Source: a virus (taxonomy: Duplodnaviria; Caudoviricetes). Taken from it: 54,480 bases of DNA. Both the position numbers and the translations under genes were made by a program. The notes under the pieces are model-generated. The model saw only the letters and a program-made list of their open reading frames with translations, was not told where the DNA came from and made no database searches. The stretch lies in IMG/VR virus record IMGVR_UViG_3300042923_000175, positions 1 to 54,480 of that record; one strand, written 5' to 3'. Below are positions 45,466 to 54,480 of the stretch, piece by piece; position 1 is the stretch's first letter, and every line of letters starts with the position of its first letter.

Positions 45466-45768
45466 TTAATAATATAAATTAAATGTGTTATGATATATTC
45501 CGTCTTGGATATATGCTCTATCAAATAAACATTTTGGCAACATGGACACTTTATTTACTATGTCGTCATCTGCCATTTTACTCATCACGATTATAGAATA
45601 CCTATTATTTTGTGAATATACCGAATCGTTGGCATATTTATTATCTATTTTATCTCTTGAATATTTTATGCATGGATATTTCATGATCATAGTACTTGGA
45701 GCTTGATAATAAACATTAGGGCCAGCTATAGATATTAATAATTGATGTAAAGCTAATCTATTATCCAT
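45466..45768 (-). CDS. Tail terminator
   Basis: NVYYQAP....MKYPCI.Y; position. Confidence 0.7.
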   Translation of the reverse strand: MDNRLALHQLLISIAGPNVYYQAPSTMIMKYPCIKYSRDKIDNKYANDSVYSQNNRYSIIVMSKMADDDIVNKVSMLPKCLFDRAYIQDGIYHNTFNLYY

Positions 45769-46075
45769 TATATAAACCCCCCATTGATATTATTAATCTA
45801 GGAGGTTTAATATCCACCAAGTTTATATTCCATTTTGAACCCATGAATGTTATATACTTCATAAAAGCCATGTTATCCAACATAAATTTATTAGATACTA
45901 CACTAATATTATTAGATACATTTACACTGCTATTTATTTCTTGTTGATTTACCATTTTTCGATTATCTTTTACAATATCTCCTAAATACTTTTTTTCAGT
46001 TATCGATTCGGTCCATACTCCAGGCTGAGTCTCCTCAGCTAGAGCATAACCTATAACCCCTGAACACTTAGGCAT
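45761..46075 (-). CDS. Head-tail stopper/closure protein
   Basis: Directly after capsid; PGVW...Y.GD...GG.YNG. Confidence 0.65.
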   Translation of the reverse strand: MPKCSGVIGYALAEETQPGVWTESITEKKYLGDIVKDNRKMVNQQEINSSVNVSNNISVVSNKFMLDNMAFMKYITFMGSKWNINLVDIKPPRLIISMGGLYNG

Positions 46076-46085
46076 TTATATGATC

Positions 46086-47846
46086 CTAAGCAGAAACATA
46101 TGATTCAACAGCAATAGCTGAGAAAGGTTTAATTAATGCACCTGAGCATCTAGTTTCTATTAAGTATTTTTGAGCATTGTAATCGATATCGAAATCATCA
46201 AACATATTTACTGCTCCGCCCTTATCAGCACCTATATTATAGTCTGTAAGGTTTACTATTAACCCATTTAAAGTAAGAGTTTTAGTGTCTACAACTCTAG
46301 TTTGACCTTCCATAGCAGGAATTGTAATTATATCAGCAACCCTTAATTTTGATTTTAATTTGTCAACGCTATCATATATGTCTCTACCAGTAGTATCTTT
46401 TATTAAAAGCATACTTGTTAACATATCTTCAGTTGTGTATAATGATGGTTGGCCAGATCCTTTATAATTCTTTCTTGATTTTATTGCAGCTTCGATGAAT
46501 GCATTTGCTTTATCACCATCTGTAGTTAAACCTTTAATGTCATAAGAAGCCTGAACAGTGTATAGAGCTTCATCTTTCCAGATAGGTCTAATGTTCAATT
46601 CATTAATCTTATCATCACTTGAATTAGGTCTTCCATCTCCAATTAATATAGCTCTTGCAATTTCTTCATTAAGCATCATTCTCATTTCAGTCTTTAACCA
46701 AGCTACTACATCAAAGTCAGTTATATCTACAACATCATCTCTATCAAGTTTTTGTTTTTTGTATATTGTAGTTGGACTAGTAGTTCTCTTTAATAATGAG
46801 AATACTTCTTCCTTTTTAAGATTACCTTTAATATAACCTTTAGCTCTTGCATCGTCTTCAGTTATGTCTGCATAAGTTGATTTGATTCTAGAGAAAGGAG
46901 TATGATGAACTGCTGCTAACACCCCATCAACCCAAGTATTTTCTCTTTGAATAAACCCTGGAACATCAGTCACATTTTTATAATCTGGGAATAAGTAATC
47001 TATATTTTCAATACCATGAGCTAACACAGAATCTTTTAAACTTCCATATCTTTTACCGTCTGCTAATATTTCTTGAATCTCACTGTGTGATAATACGTCT
47101 CCTTGATCTTTACCTTCACCTTTATTAAATACATTATGTTTCATTTCTTCTCCACCTTTACCTTTATTTTTTATTGCACTTTGTGACATCTCATCTTTGG
47201 TTTCACTTACTACCTCATCAACAGCAGCCCCAACCATAGCATATACTACATTTTTTTGTTCTTCAGTTAAAGTGTCAAACACCTCCTGTATTGTTTTTCC
47301 TTTATTATCTTCTGGTGCTGGATCGTCTTTCTTTGTTTTATTAGGATCTACCTTCTTATCCATTTCGGCCCCTTTCTTATCTTCTTTTTTATCGGCATGA
47401 TATAGTTCTATTTCTTCTCCGGTGAATAGAACACCTTCTTCATCTCTTATTTGACCATGAACTATAACATCATCTATAAAGGCACCGGGATTAGCTCCAG
47501 CTAAAACAAGTGATACCTCCCTTATTTGACCATGCATAACAAATGCACCTTGCTTTTTTAATTGATTAGCATATATTGATAACGCTACTATATCACCATG
47601 TTCGACCATGTTTTTCGCATTTTGAGCTGATGGAGTAGTGTTAAATGAGCAATAGGCATAAACACCTTCGTCTCTATTCTCAAGCATAGCATGTCCTAAA
47701 ACATTATTGGGATCGTTATGGTCGTGGTTCCATACTAATGGCACAGTTGCCCCACTATTATGTTTGAACGCATCCTTAACTATGGTTAAGCCATCTGAAC
47801 ATTTTAAATCATTCTTTGTGGCCCAACCGCTAAAATCATATTTCAT
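46086..47846 (-). CDS. Prohead protease-scaffold-major capsid fusion (HK97 fold)
   Basis: FSGWA, PLVWNH.H, LSI.A, REVSLV..GANP.A protease; C-terminal ~350 aa capsid domain. Confidence 0.9.
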   Translation of the reverse strand: MKYDFSGWATKNDLKCSDGLTIVKDAFKHNSGATVPLVWNHDHNDPNNVLGHAMLENRDEGVYAYCSFNTTPSAQNAKNMVEHGDIVALSIYANQLKKQGAFVMHGQIREVSLVLAGANPGAFIDDVIVHGQIRDEEGVLFTGEEIELYHADKKEDKKGAEMDKKVDPNKTKKDDPAPEDNKGKTIQEVFDTLTEEQKNVVYAMVGAAVDEVVSETKDEMSQSAIKNKGKGGEEMKHNVFNKGEGKDQGDVLSHSEIQEILADGKRYGSLKDSVLAHGIENIDYLFPDYKNVTDVPGFIQRENTWVDGVLAAVHHTPFSRIKSTYADITEDDARAKGYIKGNLKKEEVFSLLKRTTSPTTIYKKQKLDRDDVVDITDFDVVAWLKTEMRMMLNEEIARAILIGDGRPNSSDDKINELNIRPIWKDEALYTVQASYDIKGLTTDGDKANAFIEAAIKSRKNYKGSGQPSLYTTEDMLTSMLLIKDTTGRDIYDSVDKLKSKLRVADIITIPAMEGQTRVVDTKTLTLNGLIVNLTDYNIGADKGGAVNMFDDFDIDYNAQKYLIETRCSGALIKPFSAIAVESYVSA

Positions 47847-47848
47847 TA

Positions 47849-48727
47849 TTAGTCCTCCTTACTTTTCTTTCGCCCTCTTTTAGACGTTGAATTTCCTGAT
47901 TTACTTTTTCTACCCTTTTTAGGAGCAGTATATTGTGATTTTATTTTGTCATACTCATCCTGATAAACATCTTCATATGAAGAATTTAATGATTTTTTAT
48001 TTTCCGAATACATTTCTCTAGCTGCCTTTATAGCATTTTTTAATTCCCCGGCGACCTGAGTTCTTTCAGTTTTTGCTTCTTCAACATTTTTACTAGATTG
48101 ATTTTTTTTATCGGTTGAGAGTTTTTCTCGCTTAGTTGAAGTGTCTTCTCTAACATCTTCTATTTTATTACTATATTCATCTTTTAAATCTTCTATATCA
48201 GAACTAGAATTTTTATTTACACTATCTTTTTTATTCTTCTTTTCATCAGCTGATAAACTATCATCGTCATTTATTTTCTTAATTTTTCTTTCCTTTGTAT
48301 TTTGTATCTGTTCCTGATCTTGTTTTCTTTCTCTAGCTATAGCGTCTAATTGTTGCTTTTGAGCTTTAGATAGTCCTTCAGAGTCAGTTTTATACTTAGA
48401 ACTTAATGCTTCGCTTAACGCTTTAAGTTTATTGGTGATCGACGTTCTGGTAGCCTCAGCTTTGGTTCTGGCGTTTTCTATATCTATTTCCTTCTGTTTT
48501 GCGTATTCATCGATACGATTCTTTTTCTCGCTAGTTATATTATTTTTAGTAGATGTCCATATCTCTTTACCTTCATCAGTTAGACCACTAGTAGTTCTAC
48601 CCTTTAAATTACGATTTTGCATGTAATACTCATGAGCTTTTTCAGGGTCATAGTATTGAGATGCGTAATGTTTTAATTCTTGATTATCTATAATATCAAA
48701 CAAGTGTTGTATATAATCATGATCCAT
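47849..48727 (-). CDS. Charged coiled-coil protein, candidate internal head protein
   Basis: Between portal and capsid; ELKHY motif; basic tail. Confidence 0.7.
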   Translation of the reverse strand: MDHDYIQHLFDIIDNQELKHYASQYYDPEKAHEYYMQNRNLKGRTTSGLTDEGKEIWTSTKNNITSEKKNRIDEYAKQKEIDIENARTKAEATRTSITNKLKALSEALSSKYKTDSEGLSKAQKQQLDAIARERKQDQEQIQNTKERKIKKINDDDSLSADEKKNKKDSVNKNSSSDIEDLKDEYSNKIEDVREDTSTKREKLSTDKKNQSSKNVEEAKTERTQVAGELKNAIKAAREMYSENKKSLNSSYEDVYQDEYDKIKSQYTAPKKGRKSKSGNSTSKRGRKKSKED

Positions 48728-50054
48728 TGGAATCACCACCAGATACATTTTGAATTATCTTATCTATTTCGCCTTCCAAAGAATCCATAACGTCATTGAA
48801 TATTTTATCTATCTGAGCGTTAACATCCACATTGTTATCGGTTTGAGTTGGGATTGGATTATTATTTGAATCAGGTTGTGGCATGTTAGGATTTTGTAAC
48901 TGATCGGCCTTAGGGTCGGTTGATGGTTGCATACCTATAGCCCCTCTTATCTCATTGGAAGATGCTACTTGATTTCTAATAAATTTATCTGCTATTTCAG
49001 CTAGATTATCAAGGGTTAACATTCTAAAAGGATCCCTAAAGTATTCAATAGAATGACCCTGGGTTCTTGCAGTTTTACTTAAAAACTTCCTCTTCATTTC
49101 GTCGCATATAGCAGCCAATATTGGTTCTACGGTTCTGTTGTAATAGTTCAACATAGTTTTTTCATCAGCTGTCCCATCCAATACACTAGTAGTTATACCC
49201 AACTGGCTATATAGCATACTCGTTAGATATTCTATTTGTGACATTAGATTGTTTTCAACTGGTCTATTTAACTGAGTTATTTTTTCAGTACCATCTATAT
49301 ATCCAATACCGTATTTAGATCCAGATAATTGATCTTCTAAGTCTTTTTTTCTCTTTTCTGCTTCTCTACGTCTAGCATCTGTTTTTATTACATATGGTAA
49401 CTGAATCACCATGTCTAATTTACCAGATGAACTCTGATTATCAACGCTATCCAATAATACTAATTTACGAATTAATCTTTGAAGTGTACTGTTAGGTTCA
49501 TTTATTACAGCATATAATGGATTCTCTATAATACCAATAGTACTTTTAGCCAGTTTTACATCCTCATTAAGTCCAGTCTTGTCATTGTATAGTTCGACTA
49601 GAACATGATCGGGATACCATTCCTTTATCTTTCCAACCCTCATAGTTTCAATATCGACGCTAGCACTATCATTAGGATCTATATTGGTATCTACTGGAAC
49701 TATTGCTATACATCCTTCATCTAGTAATGATAAAACCACATCCTGTATGAAGGCCCTCCCAGTTTGGTCTTTATTAGCCTCAAGAGTTATACAATTATTA
49801 AGATCCGAATTAACATATGATAAGAATCTTCCATTTTCATCTACTTTGCAATGACTTATGTTTATCGCTGCTACATCCATAGATATTCTATTAAATACGG
49901 ATGTGGCTATTGATCGTTCGTTACCTCTTGATAGTCTAGGTCTATCTGGTCTATAGGAACTACTATATCCTCCCGTATATTTATAATTTTCAGTTGGGTC
50001 TCTGTTAGTAAATGCATTCCAAGCATGTTGTAGTCTATCTTTTAAACCCATCAC
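48717..50054 (-). CDS. Portal protein
   Basis: Follows TerL; NRI..DVA, AN.DQT...F, YY.RTVEP, SNEIR. Confidence 0.88.
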   Translation of the reverse strand: MMGLKDRLQHAWNAFTNRDPTENYKYTGGYSSSYRPDRPRLSRGNERSIATSVFNRISMDVAAINISHCKVDENGRFLSYVNSDLNNCITLEANKDQTGRAFIQDVVLSLLDEGCIAIVPVDTNIDPNDSASVDIETMRVGKIKEWYPDHVLVELYNDKTGLNEDVKLAKSTIGIIENPLYAVINEPNSTLQRLIRKLVLLDSVDNQSSSGKLDMVIQLPYVIKTDARRREAEKRKKDLEDQLSGSKYGIGYIDGTEKITQLNRPVENNLMSQIEYLTSMLYSQLGITTSVLDGTADEKTMLNYYNRTVEPILAAICDEMKRKFLSKTARTQGHSIEYFRDPFRMLTLDNLAEIADKFIRNQVASSNEIRGAIGMQPSTDPKADQLQNPNMPQPDSNNNPIPTQTDNNVDVNAQIDKIFNDVMDSLEGEIDKIIQNVSGGDSNGS

Positions 50055-50066
50055 TCACTCTCCCTT

Positions 50067-51812
50067 CTAGAAAGCATCTTTATTATTTGTATAAGCTACA
50101 AAAGCATCCATCATTGCTGATACACAGTCTATTTTCTGCTCGTTTCTTTTTTTCAAAAGTTTTCTATTACCATTTGTGTCTTCTAATGTTATACAATTAC
50201 CCATAGTGAACGACATTAATTCTTCATCAAATAATAACATTCTTTCTTCACTTAAATGTTTTAAATCACCTAGAGGAACAGTTTCAGTCTTAGCCCCTTG
50301 TATAACCTTAACTATTCCAAATGCACCATTCTCAGTTTCCCATCGTTCAACAAAATGTTTGGCATTATAAGGATCATAACCAAAACATCTAACATCGTAC
50401 CCCATATCAACTATGTGATTGTCTAAATCATCATATACTTCATCTATATCAAGTACGGTTCCTTCTAATACTATGAGTGAACCCTCGTCAATAAATTGGT
50501 CATATTTAAATCTCATTGCCGATGGTAATTTTGATAAAGTGAGAGATGTTATATAGGCCCGTGTCTTTATTCCAAAATTGCCATCATTAAATGGAAACAT
50601 AAATGTGAATGCACAGAAATCATCACCTTGTGATAAATCTCCACCCATAGAACATGGTAATTGCCAGAAATCCCGTTTACGATGAGGTATAGTTTCTTCA
50701 TAGGTGAAATAATATGTGTACCCTTCCATGGGTATACCGAAACGTTTAGCTAGTATATCATTCCTAGCGGCAGGCGCATTTTCGGCTCGTTCAACATCAA
50801 GTTGATATGTCTCATAAGATACAGTTTTACCTAAATTAGGGTTCGCCTTTGGCCATAAATCTGGATTATTAATCTCATCGACATTATCAAGTCTATAATA
50901 CCAAATGCTAACATGAGGGTTTATATAATCACCCTTTAGTATATCCATAAGTTCCATTTTAATAGTATCACCTGCACCATTACGAACAGTACCTTCAGAA
51001 CTTATAGCTACTATTAACCAGTCATCTACCTTTGATGCCCCTTGCTCTAACGAACCAACAACATCCTCTCTAATATCTCCAGATAGCCATTCATCGACTG
51101 TAGATATTTTGGGCCTCAACCCTTGAAGTTTATTTATAGACATTGGCTTTATTTCTAATAGCGAACCAGTAAGAAAATTTTCAACACCCTTTTTAGTAGC
51201 ACATAATTTTTGTCTATTAGCTCTACTACCAGTTGTATTTTGTAGCGATCCTTCAGTTAGAAATTTATATAATGGACCTCTACTTTGTATTATAGCAGTT
51301 CTTATTGGGGACATAACTTCTTCTGCTTGCTTCATAGTGGGGGCGGTTGTTATTTGATGGGTCGTCGAAGTATCTACATTCAAGAAATAGTTTTGTATAC
51401 ATGAACCATACATCGATTTCGCAGCCCCTCTAGCTACTATTAGATATTGTTTATTTATCAGTCTTTTTTTAATCCTACGTTTCTCATATCGACCAGCTCC
51501 ATGTCCATTTTCACTAGGAACATAAATGCTTTTCTCAACAAAGTAATACCAGCCGAATATTTGTTCAGCCCACAATTTAAAGGTATCTAATAATTGCATT
51601 GGGGAACCATCTGTTAATGTTAATTCCTCATTACAATATAATATAAATCCTTCAACCGCCTCATCGTCATAGTAGATCCCAGGATTATCTATCAATTCGT
51701 CTATGCGGTTCATCTCCATAGCAATTTCTTTACACACCGGTATTTCTCCACGTATCACAGATTCTCTAAATTGTCCATAGTAAATGGGAACCGCAGTATT
51801 ACTCAGTGTCAT
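50067..51812 (-). CDS. Terminase large subunit
   Basis: VARGAAKS Walker A, VDEW, ISSEG, GGDLSQGDD, YDPYNA, KIDCVSAMMDA. Confidence 0.93.
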   Translation of the reverse strand: MTLSNTAVPIYYGQFRESVIRGEIPVCKEIAMEMNRIDELIDNPGIYYDDEAVEGFILYCNEELTLTDGSPMQLLDTFKLWAEQIFGWYYFVEKSIYVPSENGHGAGRYEKRRIKKRLINKQYLIVARGAAKSMYGSCIQNYFLNVDTSTTHQITTAPTMKQAEEVMSPIRTAIIQSRGPLYKFLTEGSLQNTTGSRANRQKLCATKKGVENFLTGSLLEIKPMSINKLQGLRPKISTVDEWLSGDIREDVVGSLEQGASKVDDWLIVAISSEGTVRNGAGDTIKMELMDILKGDYINPHVSIWYYRLDNVDEINNPDLWPKANPNLGKTVSYETYQLDVERAENAPAARNDILAKRFGIPMEGYTYYFTYEETIPHRKRDFWQLPCSMGGDLSQGDDFCAFTFMFPFNDGNFGIKTRAYITSLTLSKLPSAMRFKYDQFIDEGSLIVLEGTVLDIDEVYDDLDNHIVDMGYDVRCFGYDPYNAKHFVERWETENGAFGIVKVIQGAKTETVPLGDLKHLSEERMLLFDEELMSFTMGNCITLEDTNGNRKLLKKRNEQKIDCVSAMMDAFVAYTNNKDAF

Positions 51813-51825
51813 TCGGGATCACCTA

Positions 51826-52317
51826 CTAACCTTTCAATTTTCTTACAGTATCATATAACATAGCAGCACTTGATGCTACAGCTAATGTAGCCCCCGCAGT
51901 GGATAATATACCTTCTACTTTACTTCTTCCTGATTGTTGTTGTTTAGCATTTATATAATTATTCTCTAGATTCAATCGGTTAGTCAATTGTTTTAAATCA
52001 TCATCGCTTAAATTCTTAGCCTCTTTAAGTGTCTTTTTATTGAACCCGCCTTTATTGACAGCTTGTCCTAAAGATGTGAGATCCTGCCCAGTTTTAGCAG
52101 CCTTACTAACTACATTTGCATTTATTGATTTATGGTGCCCCCACTTCATTCCTTTTATTCCAAAGTGAGCTAAAGCAGCGCCTCTATTTCTAGTGACTAT
52201 TTTTAATGCTTGATGTTCTATAGTATCATTATCTAAATCTATAGTATCATTATCTAAATCTATAGTATCCTCGAAACTACCCATTCTTTCTATAAAATTT
52301 TTATAATCTTTATCCAT
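51826..52317 (-). CDS. HxGxKGMKWG-motif protein, candidate internal virion protein
   Basis: LAHFGIKGMKWG; LSDDDLK....RL.LE..Y; C-terminal amphipathic/TM helix. Confidence 0.75.
   Translation of the reverse strand: MDKDYKNFIERMGSFEDTIDLDNDTIDLDNDTIEHQALKIVTRNRGAALAHFGIKGMKWGHHKSINANVVSKAAKTGQDLTSLGQAVNKGGFNKKTLKEAKNLSDDDLKQLTNRLNLENNYINAKQQQSGRSKVEGILSTAGATLAVASSAAMLYDTVRKLKG
52217..52269 (-). repeat. Perfect 21-bp tandem repeat x2.5 (DTIDLDN)
   Basis: tctatagtatcattatctaaa repeated in frame. Confidence 0.9.
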
Positions 52318-52333
52318 TTTAATCACCTCGCTT

Positions 52334-53233
52334 TTAAGTAGCATCTACAGTTATAGCAAACATTTTACGTTCTTTATCATACTCTAATTTTCTATAAGTT
52401 AATTTATTAGGAGCCAATATTGCTTCCTGATTACTTCTCGTATTAACAAGAGCTTTACCGTCATTTGTTTTACCATCTGCTAATAAACCAGGAGTGCCTT
52501 TACAGTTTATAATCATATACGTATTATAAGTTGAAGCAGCAGTAGGGTTTACAGCTCTCCATGTATCTATAGCGAATAATGGCGACGTACTCGTAGAAAA
52601 GACTCTATTTTCTTTAGCTGATTTACCTGAAAAGTTCTTTGATAATTTGGAGAACATTTCCTCTTTTTCTGTATCGCTCATTGTATCTAATTTCTTAGCT
52701 AAACCATTCATTGAAAATTTCATGTTACAACTACGATAAACCGTTTGATCGTTAACTGAATTTTTTTGAAGCGTTGTTTTAAGCTTTTCAGCTTCTTTTG
52801 CATAATTCTTAGGGTCGCCTATCGCTAAATATCCATTCACACTTCTTGAATATCTAGCTGAATCGGTGTACGTTTTAAGATTTTTTAAATCGTTGGGGTT
52901 TAAGTTATCATATACCGCATTTTTATGTGCAGCTATACCAACGCTTTCTATAGCTTTTAGAGCATTTTTATTGTTTGGTAACACCCCTGTTTTAGCAGTA
53001 GATTCTTTTGTCAAATCTGCTAATAATTTAATATCATCATTAACTTTGTTTACTACTTTACGGGCTTTGTACTTTAATTCCCTAGGGTTTAACTTAGCCC
53101 CTATTTCATAAGCTTTCCTTTCAGCAAGAGTTGCTATTCTGTTAGCAGACGTTTTTATTTGTACTTTATGATGGCCCCATTTCATTCCTTTTACACCGAA
53201 ATGATAAAGTTCATCATTGTATACTGGTCTCAT
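52334..53233 (-). CDS. ADP-ribosyltransferase (R-S-E / VIP2-like) with N-terminal HxGxKGMKWG motif
   Basis: YT....Y...VNGYL; VYRS; FSTSTS; NQEAIL. Confidence 0.72.
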   Translation of the reverse strand: MRPVYNDELYHFGVKGMKWGHHKVQIKTSANRIATLAERKAYEIGAKLNPRELKYKARKVVNKVNDDIKLLADLTKESTAKTGVLPNNKNALKAIESVGIAAHKNAVYDNLNPNDLKNLKTYTDSARYSRSVNGYLAIGDPKNYAKEAEKLKTTLQKNSVNDQTVYRSCNMKFSMNGLAKKLDTMSDTEKEEMFSKLSKNFSGKSAKENRVFSTSTSPLFAIDTWRAVNPTAASTYNTYMIINCKGTPGLLADGKTNDGKALVNTRSNQEAILAPNKLTYRKLEYDKERKMFAITVDAT

Positions 53234-53234
53234 T

Positions 53235-53597
53235 TTACACCTCCAGATTATTAGTTTCTACTGCCAACATCATTCTCCATCCTAGTTCATCAATGCTTTT
53301 ATTTATAGCATCTATAGTTGTTGAATTTGTTGGTGGATCGAATATTAATTTAATCTTAAGGTATAAATAGGTTTTAACACCCTCTAAATTTATAGTGCTA
53401 CTATCGATATAGTCAATCCATTTGTCATCCGCCGATGTTACTATAAACCCATTCTTGGGACCTATCCCCATCTGTGATAGATTTGGAATTGTTGAATTTA
53501 TGTGTATTAGTATATCATTATCGAAACTAATATCGTCAGGATCTATACCTAATAACTTTTTAATAGAGTTTAATATACTACTTTCCAAGTGGATCAC
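53235..53597 (-). CDS. Head-tail adaptor
   Basis: SIL.SIKK.LG......FD.DI..HINS....L.Q.G.G; LK.KL.FDPP. Confidence 0.7.
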   Translation of the reverse strand: MIHLESSILNSIKKLLGIDPDDISFDNDILIHINSTIPNLSQMGIGPKNGFIVTSADDKWIDYIDSSTINLEGVKTYLYLKIKLIFDPPTNSTTIDAINKSIDELGWRMMLAVETNNLEV

Positions 53598-53601
53598 CTC
53601 C

Positions 53602-54015
53602 TTATCTTTTCCAAGGACAAGTATCGCCTCTGTATCTTTCAGTTATTATATTAGGGGACTTATTACCATAATGTATTGCATTATGGGTGTTCAAACAAGT
53701 AGTTATTAGGTAGTTAGGGTTTAATAAATAATCAGTGTCGTTTAAAAGATCATCTCTTGATATTGGGTTCATATGATGTATTATTATTTTCTTATAGATT
53801 TCATATCCATCAACACCAAGGTCGCATCCTAGATCTCTAACTATTATTTCGTCTCTTCTTCTAAGCCATATTGGAGATTTATAAAACACTTGATTTAGGT
53901 ATCTATCAAATCCAAATGTTAAATCTGACACTCTGCCATTCAATTTTAAATATTCATACCTTTCATCAAATGTTTTAATAGTTCTTAATTCGTTATACGT
54001 CCGAATTATTGCCAC
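53602..54015 (-). CDS. HNH endonuclease (packaging-associated)
   Basis: FY.S..W...R..II.RD..C; IHH.NPI; L...NLIT.C..THN.IH. Confidence 0.85.
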   Translation of the reverse strand: MAIIRTYNELRTIKTFDERYEYLKLNGRVSDLTFGFDRYLNQVFYKSPIWLRRRDEIIVRDLGCDLGVDGYEIYKKIIIHHMNPISRDDLLNDTDYLLNPNYLITTCLNTHNAIHYGNKSPNIITERYRGDTCPWKR

Positions 54016-54313
54016 TGTATTTCCTCATAGCTGCTAAAGCATTAGTGTATAATTCTTCTATTACTTTACCAGATTTAATAGCTTCGGTTTTAGCGGTTAT
54101 TAAATCTAAGTTCTTTTTAAGTGTTTCTTTCTCCAACATGTTTGTAGTTGACCCTAGTTTTAGGAAGTGTGATATTACTTGGGACGATGCGGTTCCCTCT
54201 CTTAACTGTTTTTCGGCCAAATCTATGGCCAAAGAAATCAATTGATTTTCTCTAGACTCAGGGGTCAAACCGGGTCTAGACTTTGTAATGCCTTTACCAG
54301 TCTTCTTGGCCAT
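53993..54313 (-). CDS. Putative terminase small subunit
   Basis: First gene after candidate cos; helical 106 aa; positional inference. Confidence 0.5.
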   Translation of the reverse strand: MAKKTGKGITKSRPGLTPESRENQLISLAIDLAEKQLREGTASSQVISHFLKLGSTTNMLEKETLKKNLDLITAKTEAIKSGKVIEELYTNALAAMRKYSGNNSDV

Positions 54314-54352
54314 TTCAATGTTCCTTTCTATTAGTTTTAGTAGTGTTTAATC

Positions 54353-54456
54353 AACTTAGAGATGTCTTTTGAACGCGCCTAGGGGTGTACAATATTGCAA
54401 GTTTGAAAGGGGTTAAACGCTATTGACTAGGCGCGTTCAAAAGACATCTCTAAGTT
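54353..54456. repeat. Perfect 30-bp inverted repeat with 44-nt spacer
   Basis: aacttagagatgtcttttgaacgcgcctag (54353-54382) / ctaggcgcgttcaaaagacatctctaagtt (54427-54456). Confidence 0.95.
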
Positions 54457-54480
54457 TTTACCCCCGGGGAATTTTTAGGG

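Noticed and set aside
188-54313. Lysogeny module (integrase, repressor, ParA)
   Set aside because: No recognisable recombinase motifs or divergent repressor; all genes co-oriented. A highly divergent system cannot be excluded without searches

Overview
Near-certainly a complete ~54.36 kb AT-rich siphophage genome, with a 124-bp end overlap (1-124 = 54357-54480). The host is probably a Clostridium, inferred from base composition and choline-binding-type endolysin repeats. All credible genes are on the - strand, and I see no integrase or repressor. Reading from 54.3 kb downward: packaging/head (putative TerS, HNH, adaptor, ADP-ribosyltransferase, TerL, portal, protease-capsid fusion), tail, lysis, then a 4-28 kb non-structural arm. 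That arm holds nucleotide metabolism genes, a helicase-primase-polB fusion, SSB, an SF2 helicase, ThyA, many small membrane proteins and an iteron-like origin. The genome ends with a single-chain DFDGD (YonO-like) RNA polymerase next to a candidate cos site. The most striking unexplained structure is a private transcription grammar: 14 copies of a fixed-spacing 27-bp motif (CGC-N6-TACA-N5-TnTTATGAG) and 12 related hairpin terminators delimit mini-cassettes. Four cassettes are ORF-less and appear to encode small structured RNAs, two of them with circularly permuted tRNA-elbow (T-arm then D-arm) modules. A shared (L/I)xH(Y/F/G/A/S) motif links the RNAP, the ART and other proteins to probable capsid-protease sites, suggesting a virion-delivered payload. 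An Acb2/Tad1-like sponge pair is inserted in the tail operon. All family calls are from motif recognition by eye; no searches were run.
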